NCBI GenBank assembly: GCA_028534125.1
Contig: CM052816.1
Span: 23,810,001 to 23,874,000, forward strand
Source: Lama glama
Taxonomy: Eukaryota
DNA length: 64,000 nt
Reading direction: 5' to 3'
Position 1 is the first letter of the stretch, and the number at the start of each line of letters is the position of its first letter. Below are positions 26,003-39,469 of the stretch, piece by piece. Under the pieces are notes generated by a model. The model was not told the origin of the DNA. It did no database searches and was given only the letters and a program-made list of their open reading frames with translations. Both the position numbers and the translations under genes were made by a program.

Positions 26003-28479
26003 ATCATGAAGGGAGCATTTTGACAGAGATGAAGTCTAAGGTCTGAACCCTAGAACACTTCAACCCTCAGAGGTCCAGGAGATGAGCAGGACCCAGCAGA
26101 GGAGGCTGAGAAGGAGGTCTGTGAGATCACATCTCCACCAATCGAGTAAAATCTTTACCAGTGCCGGTCCTTTCTCTTCCCCATTGCAGCCTTGAAAGTA
26201 CCTATAATAGCCGCTGGCTAGGCAGGAAGGCATAGAAAAATAGAAGGAAAAAAGATAACCATGTCCCCTCCACTACTGAAGGCTTCTAAGTCTGAACAGG
26301 CTCAAACCAGGAAGGCGGAGAAACTTAACTGGATGAGAGATTAGAACTATGTGGTTGTTGGGTTTCAGTGGACGTTATGTTCATATGAAAGGCAAGGGAA
26401 AACCTTAAGGGAGCTGACTGAGATTTCCTAGGTCAGGAAAGAACTGGTCAAAAGGAAATTTGCAGAATGACAGTGGGAGAAATAATAAAATTGCTTTCTG
26501 CTTGCACCCTTGTGGTTTCTAATACCCATTACTATATATTCGCTCAGTTTCTATGAAAACATTTCCAACTTCTTGACTTACAGTTCTAGTCTTCCAGCAA
26601 AAGTTATAACTTTTGCTTAAATCACCAGACAGATGCTGTGAGTAATTTAAAGAAAAAGAGATTCCAAAGGTGATGGTCTTTCACAGTGTCACTGAGGACC
26701 CCTGAGGTGCTTTATGTCCTTGAGAGGTGTCCAGATTACTTCGTATGGATAAGCAGCAACTCTGTCCTGTAAAGCAGTCATGCAAGTATGTCCTGTGAAT
26801 GTGTCTGTGCTCCATCAGCCCGGTTGGAGTGTGACTCCAGGGAAGTCCAGTCAGTCTTGGTGAGTCCTCTCAGTCAGCTGTTTTGAATTGGCCACTTTGC
26901 ATAAAGGATGCTAGCAGATGAGTTTTTGAACTTACGCAACTCCATCACCCCCTTGAACAGATAAAAGTGTGTGCTTTACAGACTGAAGGAGCCTTAGGAG
27001 TGAACCCTCCATACTCACACCTATACAACTCATTCTGTGCATATACACAGATGTGTCTGTGCAATTCATTGTATGTACATATTGAATTTAAACTGGATAT
27101 ATATAAATGTCAGGTAAACAAGGAAATCAACAAACTCAAGACCATACAACTATAACAATTTAAAGATCAACTTTCTTAGAAGAATTGCTTATAGTATGTG
27201 TTTTAGTAACTCAGTATACCATTTTTGTTGAGTTTAATTCCTTTTATGATAATAAGTATGAAAAGCACAGGGACTAATATTTATATGATAATTCTATAAT
27301 AGAATGTAGGACACCTTTTCACTTAATGCCATTTATTTAGAAAATACAAATTAAATGCCTTGATGCATCATTAAAGTATTGATGAAAGATCAAGATTTCT
27401 TAAATGAAGGTTCCTATTGCATTATGCCAAAATACATTTAAAAATCCTGAGGGTTTTATGATTACACTTAATGTACTAATGTTTAAAAAGGAAAATAGGG
27501 ATAGAAAATATTAAATGCTTGCATGTCTGCCAAGTGCAAATGGTTATAGTAAATTTAACTCTGGAATTTCCTGACTTTTGTGTTGTTAAAATTATAGGTT
27601 TTACTCAACATTGAAAGAGCCTTTCCATTTAATTTCTCTATATTAAAATTTTTAAGATAATTGTAGAGGGTAGAGAGAATTGGAAAGAAGATTCTAGGAG
27701 ACATAAATAGCTCATCACACAATTTCGTTAAAAGTATTCCTTTACAGAAGCTCAACATCATTGTTTTAAATCTTCAGTATTTTATAACTTGTAAATAATT
27801 TGGTTTTATTTGTCTTGGACTAACAAAAGGTAACAAAATGTTTCTGCCATGAGTAAAGAAAAAAGAAAGAGAAAGAAAGGAAAGGAAAAATTCCTGCTGG
27901 TGGATAGCTACTCTTCTCCAGAAGTATCATTTGGGGATGCAGACCAAAAATTTAAACTCATATCATTTGACCATGTTATCAGTAACTTTGATGTATTTTG
28001 AGATAGAAATAGTTTCCCTATTGTTGTCTTAATGTTAAAAAGCACTGTGATGGAATTGCCTCTTGCCACCATTACTTCATGCCTGAGTTACTCCAAATGA
28101 GTGTTTAGAAAGATGCAGTATTGATTTCCGGCAAAAGAAGTAACCATTTATTAATTGCTAGAATAGTAACCTTTTAAAAAATGCTATTATTCTGCCTAAG
28201 TGGACAGAAATCTCTTAATTAAAAGAGTTCCTTTAGTGCCTGTTAATGTTAACATATAGAGACTATTTTAAATGTGCTTCAATAACAAGAAGAAAAAGGG
28301 ACCAAGGCGTATATATAATATAATCATATATAATCATACTACATGTGTATGTAATTATAATATAGTAAGACTCTGAAATAACACTAAAATATTGATACTG
28401 CGTAATAGATAATAGGCTTCCATCCTCTGTACAATGGATGTACAGTGGATCCTGGTGTTTTCCATGATCATACAAAATA

Positions 28480-29550
28480 TCCTTCCCTTACCATCTATCC
28501 CTTGAGCCAGTGCATCTCTCTTCCTTTCTGTCACCTCATACTTTGTAATTGTCTACAGTCATTCCCCACTTTTATTTCTCTGACTTACTCTAGAACCCAT
28601 TGTAGCCTAGGGAATGGCCTCACCAGTCAGGTGAAATTAATTTCAACAAGATCACTAGGGGACTTTTCCCATTCTTTATTTTACTTGACATTGCTGCAAA
28701 ACAAACAAACAAAAAATTACCTATCTGCAGTTGGCTCCCCAGAGTGGAACACAGACCTCTCCTGAGCCGCTTGCCCTTGTGTGCCCCTGCTTACCAGGCA
28801 GGCATGTTTCAGATGTCCCCCCGTTTTCTCAGCAGCATGCGCAGACCGAGTCTTTTGCTTCTCTACACCCAGTCCACATGTGCCTTACCAGCATTTCTCA
28901 AGAACATCATCTCCGTGATTGGTCCGATCATGCATTTTCGAGCTCAAGACGTGAATCTGGGTAGCACTCTTAATACCTTCCTTTCCTGACACACCATTTT
29001 TTCAGCAAGAACTTGGATAGATTCTGCATCCTAAATGTATTCTGAATCTATCCACTGCTCTCTGCCTTTATCGCCACAGTCTCTTTTCTGGATTACTGAG
29101 ACAGCTTCCTGTGATGTCTCCCTGTCTCCCGCTTGTTCTACTGAAATCTTTTTTCCACGTTGCAGCCACAGTGATCTTTCTAGAACACAGATTTGGTCAT
29201 GTCACTCCTGAGTCCCCCATTCTTGGGGTAAAGCATGCCATCCTCTCTTTACATCTCTAGCTTCGTTTCTTTCTACCCTCTCTGTGATTCAGACACACTG
29301 ATATTTACTTGTTCCTCAAATAAATCGCATTCTTTGTTGTCTTGTCATTTTGTGTGTGCTCTTCCCTCTGCTTGGATAACAATATGCCATTTCATTTTCA
29401 TAGCCGGTTTTAGACCTGTTTGTCTGTTGTGTTTCAGCTTAACTGTCACCTTCCTGTGGAAGTCTCTTTTGGCCCGCTCCTCTTCTGCATTCCCTTGTCA
29501 CCTGGCACCACCCCTGCTTTAGTGTTTACTACACCATATTGTCATCGGGT
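28480..29550 (+). mobile_element. L2 fragment(s)
   Basis: tgaatctatccactgctctct...ccacgttgcagccacagtgatctttctagaacacagatttggtcatgtcactcct. Confidence 0.75.
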
Positions 29551-29769
29551 GTAATTTAGATCTCCTGGCCATCACAGCTGGCTTCTGGGGAAGGAGTCCA
29601 GCAAACCCCTGGTTTCAGCTGTACTCACTGCTTAGCAATTCTATTTCTGATCCAAGGAAGTGTTCATCTTGTATTTTGAAGCCAGCTGGGTCTTTTTGTT
29701 TTCTCTTTTTGTACGTTATCTGTCGCTGTTCCATGTTTGCAGCAGAAAGGAGGTAACAAAGCATCCTGA

Positions 29770-29845
29770 CTAGACACCAGAATCTGCACATTTAACAAGC
29801 TGTCCGGGGTGATCCTTATGCGCATTAAAGTTTTGTAACACCTGC
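29770..29845. mobile_element. MER5A-like hAT fragment
   Basis: gaatctgcacatttaacaagc...gtgatccttatgcgcattaaagtttt...acacctg. Confidence 0.7.
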
Positions 29846-30341
29846 ACTCTAAGTTACTCTATCGAGGAGACTGACGCTATTTGACATGAACTTACTCAAC
29901 CTCAGATTCCCTCTGATTCCCTCTGTTACTACGTCTTCAGTTTCCATTTCTCCTGCCTTTGATGAAGTGTCTTCTCATCTTTCCAGAGTGACTGTTCCAG
30001 CTCTGGGCTTAGTTCTGTCACCTTTCTAGACTCCTGCTAACTCTCGCTAATAATTAGTTTATTTTCTAGCCTGTATCTCTTTTCTTTCCTGAATCTTCCT
30101 CTTCACCGACAGTCAAGGCATTAACACAGACCCTCTCTCCACCAGCTCTTTACTCACCTCTCACTATTCTATTTCTTTCTTCACTGATGTTTTCTAAAAG
30201 CTCAGCTTGTACCAGCAGTCTTAAATTCCTCAGCACGTATTTATTTCTTAACCTTTTATAAAACTGCCTCTTTCTTCCTGAATCCCTTATAGCATTTGCT
30301 GTTCTTGATTACTTTGTTTCTTCTCGAGTATAGTTTCTTGG

Positions 30342-30821
30342 TGTGTTAGTTTTCTCTTGCTGCTATAACATATTACGATCAACTTAGTGGCTTAAAGCAA
30401 CACAGATTTATTACCTTATACCCCAGGAGATCAAAGGTTTAACATGGGTCTCATTGGGCTGGAATCAAGGTGTTGATAGGACTGAATTCCTTATTGAGTG
30501 TCTGGGGGAGAATCCATTTTCTTGACTTCTACAGTTTCTAGAAGCTGGCCGCATACCTCGGCTTGTGGCCCTCTGTCATGTTCAAATCTCACGGGGTGGC
30601 TTCTTCACATCTCTGCATCTGACACCTCTGCCTCCCTCTTCCATTTATACGGATCCTTGATTACAGTGGACCTAGGACCAGACAATCCAGGATAATTACC
30701 CCATTTCAAGATCAACCGATTAAAAATCTGAATTCCCTTTTGTCATATAAACTAACATATTCACAGGTGCCCAGGATTAGGACTCTGATATCATTGATGG
30801 GCCACGAGTCTACCTCCCACA
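30342..30821 (-). mobile_element. MLT1-family MaLR solo LTR
   Basis: tgtgttagttttctcttgctgctataacatattacg...aacttagtggcttaaagcaacacagatttatt...ctcccaca; TG...CA ends with near-TSD cttgg/cttga. Confidence 0.88.
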
Positions 30822-31884
30822 CTTGACTTCTTTAAAATGTACGTAGCCTTTCAGGAATTCTGGTGATCTCTCTTTCCTTTTTCTTTATCCTCACTTGCTT
30901 TTCTTGTTTCAAGTGAATATGCCTCCTTTGTAACTATCTTTAACATCTTTCCTGCTGTTCTGTTCTCTTCACTTTATATTCTCTATCTTACTGATTTTAG
31001 TCACATTGATGGTTTCAACTCTCTTATCCACAGATGCCAAATTCTAAGGATTTACCCTGGATTTTCAGCTGTTTTCTAGACATTATTAGCTGGAAATGTT
31101 AATAATGAAGCCATCCACTTTCCCCAAAGTTTTTCTTTCCTCACTAATTGTATCATTAATATTAGCTCATTTATGAAGCCTTACTGTCCCTTACTGTCCT
31201 CATTCTTGGTTTTGACTTTCAGGATAGATATTCCCTTTATTTATTCTTTGCTCTCTTGGCCCCACCCTCATTAATTGGAACTTAGACCCTGCCTTGTCCC
31301 TGAGCCCATTCTTACCCCAGCACTGTTCTTTGTCAGCTTCTGGCACGTACCATTACCAGAAGTGATGTTCCTCTTTCTCCTGCTGAGTGATTTGGTTGCT
31401 CTTCACTGATGCAAAGCAAGGGCAGAGAAGGGTGTTCTAACTTTCTAGTTATATCTTCTACTCCCCTATAAAAACCCTCAATTCATGGGAAATAGTTCAT
31501 TCCTCATCCACTAACTGACCACTTCCAAATAATTGGCTCATAGTTTTCCCCATCTTCTCTGCATGTTGAAGTCCTGCCCCAATTTTATCAACTACTGTGT
31601 CCTCCAGGAACTTCCTGTTTCACATAATTCAACTGGTAACATATTAAACTTCTTTGGTGGGATCTATCATATTGTGCCTTGTTTTAAATTTATCTCTGTA
31701 ATATATTACAAGCTCATGATGGTTAGAGATTATGTACAGCCGATACATGGTATGTGAAAAATCAAAGGCCTTTAATCAGTAATTACTTAATGAGTTCATG
31801 AATGAACAGTAGATGCCCAATTAAATATGTTTATTTAACTTAAGGAAAATTGAGACTTGTAAAGAATGAGTAGCATTTTCTTTA

Positions 31885-33795
31885 ATATCTCTTATGAAAA
31901 TAGACGCAAATTTCCTCAAGAATGTACCAGCACACTAAATCGAGCCACACAGAAAAATGATTACACATCATTATCAATTGGGATTTATCCCAAGGATGCA
32001 ACTTCGTTCAGCATCTGAAAATCAAGTAATGTATCATATAACTAGAATAAAAGACAAATGCCGTATGATCATCTGAACATGTACAGAAAAAGTATTTGAA
32101 AAAATCTGACACCCTTTCATGATAAAAATGATCAACAAACTAGGAATAGAAGAGGACATCATCAGCCTGATAAAGGGCATATATAAAAACTACAGTTAGC
32201 ATCATACTTACTGGCAAAAGAAACAACACTTCCTCTAAGATCAGGAATAAAACAGATGTTCACTCTCACAACTTCTATTAGACATCGTTCTGGAGATTCT
32301 AGCTGGGGCAGTTAGGAAAGAAAAGGAAATGAAAAGTATCCAGGTTGGAAAGGAAGAAAATAAAATATCTATTTGCAGAGGACATGCCTCTAGTGGAAAA
32401 GGGGTCAGCTAAGATGAGTCAGGTAGCCACTAAAGTGGGGAGAATATCCTCTAAACAGCTACTTAGACCCAAGAAATGGTTCAGCAAGGTTACTGTGATA
32501 CAGTATCAACATATAAGAATGAGTCATATTTCTATAGACTAGCAGTGAACACTCTGAAAATGAAACTAAGAAAAGAATTTCATTCACAGGAGGACCAAAA
32601 GAATAAGTGCTTAGGAATAAATGTAACAAAAGGAAGTGAAAGACTTGTACACTTAAAACCACAAAACCTTGTTGGAAGAAATTGAAGATCTATGTAAATG
32701 GGACGATATCCTATGTTTGTAGATTAGAAAACTTAATGCTAATATGGCAGTATTTCTCAAATTGATTTATAGACTGCAACACAATCCCTCTCAAAATCCC
32801 AAATGCCTTTTTTTTTTGCAGAAATTGAGAGTCTGATCCTAACATTCATATGGAAATTTGTATGCAAATCATGTGTCAGATATGGGACATATATACAGAG
32901 CTCTTACAACTTAATTATAAAAAGACAGATAACTTAATTAAAAACTAGGCAAAGTAATTGAATAGATATTTCTCCAAAGAAGATAAAAAGAAGCAGTAAG
33001 CAAATGAAAATGTGCTCAAAATCATTAGTCATTAGAAAAATTCAAACCAAAAATACAGTGTGATACCACTTCACATCATTATAATAAAAAAGGTAATAAT
33101 GAGTGTTGGCAAGGATGTGGAGAAATCGGAGTCCTCATCCACTGCTAGTGGGAATGTAAAACATTACAGCTGCTTTGGAAAACAATTTGGCAGTTCCTTA
33201 ATAAGCTAAACGTAGAGTTATCATATGATGCAGTGATTTTACTTCTAGGTGTATATATCCAGGTGAAATGAAAACATAGGTTCACAGAGAAATAGTGCTC
33301 AGGTGTTCATAGCGGCTTTACTCATAATAGCCAAAAAAGGAAACTAATTTGAATATCCATCAACTGATGAATGAATAAATAAAATGTATATCCATACAGT
33401 AGAGTATTATGCAACAGTAAAAGTCAATGAAGTACTGATATATGTCACAACATAGTTGAACTTTGAAAAAATGGTGCTAAGTAGAAGAAACCAGTCACCA
33501 AAGACCATATATTTTATGGTTCCTTTATATGAAATGTTTAGTACAGGCAAATCTATAGAAACAGATTAGTTGTTATTAGTTAAGGGGTAACTATTGCATA
33601 GGGCCTGGGGGGAGGCAGGCAAGGGGACTGCTAATGGGGTGGGATTACTTTGGCTAGAATGAAAGAGCTCCAAAATTAGGTTGTAGCCATTCTTGTACAA
33701 CCCTGTAAATACCAAAACCTGTTGAGTTCTGAACTTGAAGTGGGTGAGTTGTATTATCATGCAATTATTATATTTCAGTAAAGCTGTTTATAAAT
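31885..33795 (+). mobile_element. L1 (L1MB-like) ORF2 3' part plus 3' UTR, decayed
   Basis: gggatttatcccaaggatgcaa, gcagaaattg...aacattcatatggaa, gttggcaaggatgtggagaaatcgga, atttcagtaaagctgtt terminus. Confidence 0.92.
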
Positions 33796-34096
33796 ATACA
33801 ATGAAATTCTGAGAACAGTTGATGTACACCATGCTTTCAAAATCTGAAAAAGGAAAAGCAGGTACTAATTTCCCATTACAACTTTTATCCCTCTTAAACT
33901 TGAAAATAGGTAGTGATTTATTGTATTTAAAATTTAGCTATACATTTTCCTGATTTCAAATAGTATAGTAATTAATAAAAATTCACAGAAAAAATATTTA
34001 CTTCTTTTCTATACAAAAAACATTTTACAGAATAGGCCAAATACATTTGGTTCCTTGGCTTTGATGGAAAGAAGATGTTCTATTAGCACTTTTTTT

Positions 34097-34121
34097 ATTG
34101 AAGTATAGTTGATTTACAATG
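34097..34121 (-). mobile_element. 25-nt L1 3' stub flanked by an 18-bp TSD
   Basis: attgaagtatagttgatttacaatg lies between tctattagcacttttttt (34079-34096) and tctatgagtacttttttt (34122-34139); the right copy is followed by aaaa. Confidence 0.7.
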
Positions 34122-34479
34122 TCTATGAGTACTTTTTTTAAAACAAAATTTCTTGTTTTACTTGCTCTAAGTTCTCTGGGGCATAATTGTTACATTTATG
34201 TATGACGTGTACATATTGGAATTGACAGAATCTCTAGAGCGATGTTCTTAGAATTCAGTGATATCTGAGATCACACTTAGCGCTACTTATCAAATTATTC
34301 TTTATATTCTTATTAGAGTAATATTTACAGTAAATGTTGTAAATGTTGGTTGACAAATATGAGGTTATGTGGTTTGGCAGTCAGAAATCTGTCAGCTGGT
34401 TTTGCTTAGATCTAGTTTTCTTTTTTGAAAAACCTGTGTTCGGCCTCTTCAAATTACCAAATGCTTTCCAGCCCTTCTC

Positions 34480-35230
34480 TTTCTTTACCCTTGCATGGCA
34501 CGCTGAAGACCCCCCTTCTTTTTGACACCGTGCTGCCTGGTCCTTCCTTCCCAGACTCCTGTACTGGCTTCTCTTCCTTTGCTTTCCCTTAGATGGTAGT
34601 GGTTCTCACAGTTCCTCCCTTAAGCTCAGTTCTTTTCATTGGTGTGTCTTCTTTGGAAATGGCCTCTATTGCTACAACTTCAAAAGCAATCTACAGAGTT
34701 GGTGATAAGCCACAAACTTACATCTTTACCCCTGACTTCTTGACTGAGTTTCAAATTATTAGTTGGAATCTCTGCCTGTTTCTCTCAAACATTTCATAGT
34801 CAAAATGTCCCAAATTCATCTTAAAATCAAGGTAAGTTATTCCCTCTGTGTCCTGTTTTCTGTTAATAGCACTCCTATTAACTGCCTTGTCAGTCAAGCT
34901 AGAAGTCCAAGACAAAGTCCTGCCGAGTGCTCCTAGAATCTCTTGACTATCTCTTCCTCATCGTGCAGCTTACTTCAGGCTCTCATCACTTATCACCGGA
35001 CTGTTTATTTATCTACATTAAGCACAAGGATTGTCTTTCTGAAATATTAACTTGCTTATGTAATGTTCTTGTTTAATTTAAACCTCTTCATAGACACCGT
35101 AAATCACTTCAGAAAAAAAGCCAAAGCTCTTGGGAAGGTTCTCCAGGACTCAGCATGTGGCTAACTAGCTAAGCTTATCTCTGTCAACCATTCTGGTACA
35201 CTTTTTGTTCCTCAGCTGTGCTGTATTTTC
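34480..35230 (+). mobile_element. L2 fragment
   Basis: cctgacttcttgactgagtttcaaa...catagtcaaaatgtcccaaa...gtcaagctagaa. Confidence 0.65.
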
Positions 35231-35329
35231 AGATGTATTCACCTATGCTGTTTTTTGCTTTCATTTGTTTATTTTTTAAATTAATCTAAGGCTGACTGTA
35301 TTCTGCTTACTTTAGTAATTAATTCAGAA

Positions 35330-35765
35330 CCCCAGGCTTCCGTCAGTCAGCATCCTGTCCTGTCTAGAGGAACCATTCAAAAGTCAGCGTGTGACTCAAT
35401 TTAAGACATTAGGAGAAAAGCGAAGACTTGGTAGGTGCTCCTGGGGACAAGTTCTCTTTCTCTTAGGAGACAGCCCCTGGAAGAAACACCCTGTCTTCCT
35501 CCCGATGTCCCAGTCAAAGGGCCAGCCTAGGGCTGCTACAGCCATTTTGCTTCCATCAGGGAAGGTAGCCTTAAGAATGAAGTCAAAGCAGAGAGGAAGG
35601 CGTAGCTGAGCATATTTCAGAGAAACTGAGCAAGCGACATTGCCTTGAAACAATCCTAAATTCCTTGACACTTCTGGACTGCCAGATATGCAAGTTATTC
35701 AATTTCTGCTTTATGCCAGCTGGGATCAGTTTTTCTATGGCAGACCAAAGCCTCCAAACTGATCA
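35330..35765 (+). mobile_element. Old MLT1 (J/K-like) MaLR LTR
   Basis: gcctagggctgctacagccattttgcttccatcaggga...cttctggactgccagatatgcaagttatt...ccaaagcctccaaactgatca. Confidence 0.65.
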
Positions 35766-37306
35766 ATAAACTTTTTTAAAAAGAGCTCAAGCGGAGATGG
35801 GCAGAGGCACATTAGGTCTGCAGAGCATGAATGAAAATGAATTCCCATTAAGACTGCCTTTTCCCGTGAATAGCTTTGCCACCGTTAGGCACACTTGTTT
35901 GTACCTGTCTAGGCAGTATATGCTATATATTTGTGAAGACACTCCTTCCAAGTCTGATTGTGACATATGGTCTTGAAGAATTAATATTACAAAAGACCTA
36001 AATGCAGACATTCTTCTTAACATAAATGTTAATGCTAAATTTAAATTGATGGATAAATATTGGGCACAACTACATTGAAAAGCAGGGTGTTTTGATCAGT
36101 AAAAACCAAAACACCAGGCATTTTAATTTTTAAAATTTGAGGGGACATTTAGCCCCAAAATAAATGAAAAACATTCCTGTTTTTCATATAGAGTTCTTAA
36201 ATACTTTACTGAGAGCCTTTTACATATAATTATTTTGAAACTAACCTTTTAAGATTTTTATTTAATTCTAGGGCAAATTGTGAACCATGGAGTTTTTGTA
36301 AAATAAAATACTTAACAAAAAAACCCACAAATTTAATATAATTCCATGTGTTCTATGTTCCAGGGTTCTTTTTTTCCCCCTTAAAAAAGAAAAATGTCTA
36401 CCAACTTTCCATTCCAACTGTACTCTTTTTGTTGTCAGGAAGACTGTTTGGAAGCAGAGAACAAAGAAGTTCTTTATTATGAAAGGAAATGCCTGAAAAT
36501 AAGAGTTTTAAATAAATAATACTTGAATGAAGGACTTACGTTTCCTAATTTTTAAGAATTTAGATCAATCTGGGCTTCATAAGTACCTTGATTGTTGGTA
36601 TAACTTTAGATGTAAGAGGATCAGAAGGCAAGATTTGGTCCATCACTTTTGTGTTGCTTGCTGCTTTATTGTATGCTATTCTCTCTCTCTTTTTTTGTCT
36701 TCCTTATCTAGAAGTGATTATCAGTTTATTTGGTGATTAAAGTATCGCTGTTCTAATTTCCTTTCTCTTCTGAATCCACATTCAGTTTTACTAAGATACA
36801 CTGCACTAAGATAGCAACACAAGATGCAACAGATCCTAATTTTGCACACATGGTTTCATTTCGTTGGATTAAATCTAATGGTAACTCATTCACCACATTA
36901 TATATTTGCTCCTCATGTAACCAATTCCTGCTAGAATTTTGATCTCTCTCGGGGAATTGGTAGATTATGATTTGTACCACTGTGCCTTCAGTGTTAAGCC
37001 TCAAATGAAGATATTATTTCAGAGAATGTCTGAATCTGGTAACTTTTTTTAAAAGAACATTCCAAGACGACACAACCATATAGCTATTTCATGATACAGC
37101 TTGTAAGCAAGAATGACTTGTCAGAATAAATGGTGGGAAAAAAGAATGGATAGGCCAGTAGAGGAATTCAAGAAAAGCTTTGCTAACCATTTCTTAACTG
37201 TGAGGTTTTAAATTTATTTCCTTGTATTTACAACTTTCATAATTATAATTTTTTCTGTGTTTTTTCTGTATATATTTCCTGTGTATAAACATATTGATAT
37301 GTTTAA

Positions 37307-37349
37307 ATATATATGTATGTGTGTATGTATATATATATATATATATATA
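37307..37349. repeat. (TA)n/(TG) microsatellite
   Basis: atatatatgtatgtgtgtatgtatatatatatatatatatata. Confidence 0.9.
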
Positions 37350-38363
37350 ACTAAAAATAAACTGAAAGCTCAAGTTTACTTTTTGGGAATCATCTATGGT
37401 TATGGCTTTTATAATTGTTTCCTCTAGTCACTGGTCTCTGCTAGCTCTGTTCCTTAAAAAGGACAGCTAACTCCCAGGCATCTGTGGCTGGGTTTTCCTC
37501 ACAATGGCTCATTTCCTCTTAAATGTATTAGCAAGTAGCTGCCAGTGTACCTAACTGTAGCTTTGTTTGACTTTCCACCTCTTCTACCTCTCTCTGCTTA
37601 TTGAACTAAAAGAAAAGTACATTAAAGCTTATATAAATGGCCAGGTTTTTTTGGTTTAGGGAAAGTTTAAAAGAAAGCAGACCTTTCATTAATATGAAAG
37701 GGAGTGGGCTAGCCCCAACACTGAGGAAGTTAACTGGATAAGTGCAGGGAGGTACAATAGGAAAACTGGACACTTCCCAACGCCGCCCAAGTTTGCCCTT
37801 TGCCATTTCTCTGTATTATTTTAGACTTGAAGTTAATTCCCAGAATGTCAAATATACCCATAATTCAGATGTAAGTACAAAAACACATCCTGAAGCCAAA
37901 ATTTAAAAAAAAATGTATTTGCCACCCTCCACTGGTTCAAATAATTAATGTGAAAATTAGCTATAAATTTTTAAATGTAGTTATTTCATATTTTAAAATG
38001 TAATCCCTCTTGTATGTGTTTTTTTTTAAGTCTCTTGTAGAATAATTCCCTAATTGATGTAGAATGGAAACTAAAACACTGACATCTTTACTTATTTCCA
38101 ATTTAAATTGCATTTAGGGGGAAAAAAGGATATAGAGTTTTGCTTTAGTTGGCCTTGTTTTACTGCCATGGGAGTTTCCCTTCATCTCGGTTCCCATAGA
38201 TATGTGTGAGAAATTCTTTAGGGACTGAAACAAGAGTACCTTCAGGGTTATATGATCTGACCTAATCAACCATGAGTGCTCTCATACTCTTTTTTAAAAA
38301 TCCCTTTTAAAAGCTATTTAATGAAGGCCTTTCTCAATCGTCTTCTCCTCCTCCCCCGGTCAG

Positions 38364-38489
38364 ACATTGATGAGTGCAGCATCATTCCTGGGATATGTGA
38401 AACTGGTGAATGTTCCAACACCGTGGGAAGCTATTTTTGCGTTTGTCCACGTGGATACGTAACCTCAACAGATGGCTCTCGGTGCATCG
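38364..38489 (+). CDS. FBN2: Fibrillin-2 exon (probably 8), cbEGF, 126 nt
   Basis: cccccggtcag acceptor; TCG|gtaagc donor. (D)[41 protein letters not shown]. Confidence 0.97.
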
Positions 38490-39469
38490 GTAAGCCTCGT
38501 AGTTTTGAAGGCACAATATACTGTTTTTTTATGATGACAGAACAGCCCAAACAGGTATAAAGATGGCAACGATTATAAAACCATTGGGAAAATGCCTAAA
38601 AGAGTTGTTTAAAATAAACGGTATCACTATTGAGGGACTGATAGACCAGGTGCTCTTTGCAAAAACTTCGGTTTCAGAAGCCATCTGGGTTTATTTTATG
38701 CTGTCAAAGTCATTTTTGAAATGAAGAAAGACTTCCTCAAAGGGCTGATCTTGTGGAGTGTTAGAGACACAAAGGTAAAAGAAAGATTTTTTTAAATCTA
38801 CTTTGGAAGACAGTGTAGTCATTAACGTTTCTTTTGTTGCTATGAATCATGAATGTGGCCAGTGTCTTATTTACTTAGCAGTTGTTTATTTTAGTGAAAA
38901 TAGTTATTACAAAAAAGAAATCACATTTAGTTTTGTGTTTTAAGCATTTTTGAGTTAAAGCAAAATATATTTGCATGTTCTCCTTTGTTTAAAAAGATAA
39001 AACATCTCAGTCACCTGTAGGTCATCTATTTTTGACAAGCCTTAGACTTGAAGAGCACTAAAGATTCGTATAGTACAAGAACTAGGGAAATTAGCCCCCC
39101 ACCCCAAGACTGGAGTTGTTCGGTTCACTAGTGGGTGACCGTCTGGGCAGTGACTCTCTCCCATGCCCACTGGGAGGGTGTGTGAGCAGCTGACTGCCAG
39201 GGACTTTCTGTATCCAAGTGATGGTAAGTGACCTGGGTTGGGATGGAAATAACAGAGAATTAAGGATGAAAGCTAGAAGTCCAAGGCCACCGATAAGAAG
39301 GCCTGGATTCACTTGGGCATAAAATGTGTTGACATGCCAGGCACTATGCTGTGGCCACCAAACAGTGAACGTGAGAGATGGAGATCTTGCCTTCAGAGTA
39401 CTGTGTTGTCATCAGAAATAGTTGTAGTCAACTAGCAATGGCAGTCAAAGAAGGAACGGTGGTAGCGGG

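Larger units (their letters stand above)
22859..26125 (-). mobile_element. L2 LINE split by the provirus (22859-23852 and 26008-26125)
   Basis: L2 3' tip near 22860 (cattcag...atatttgagttcct...gtgaacaaaa). L2-like sequence runs to ...agatgagatcat and resumes after the TSD (gaagggag...aggaggctgagaagga). Confidence 0.8.
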
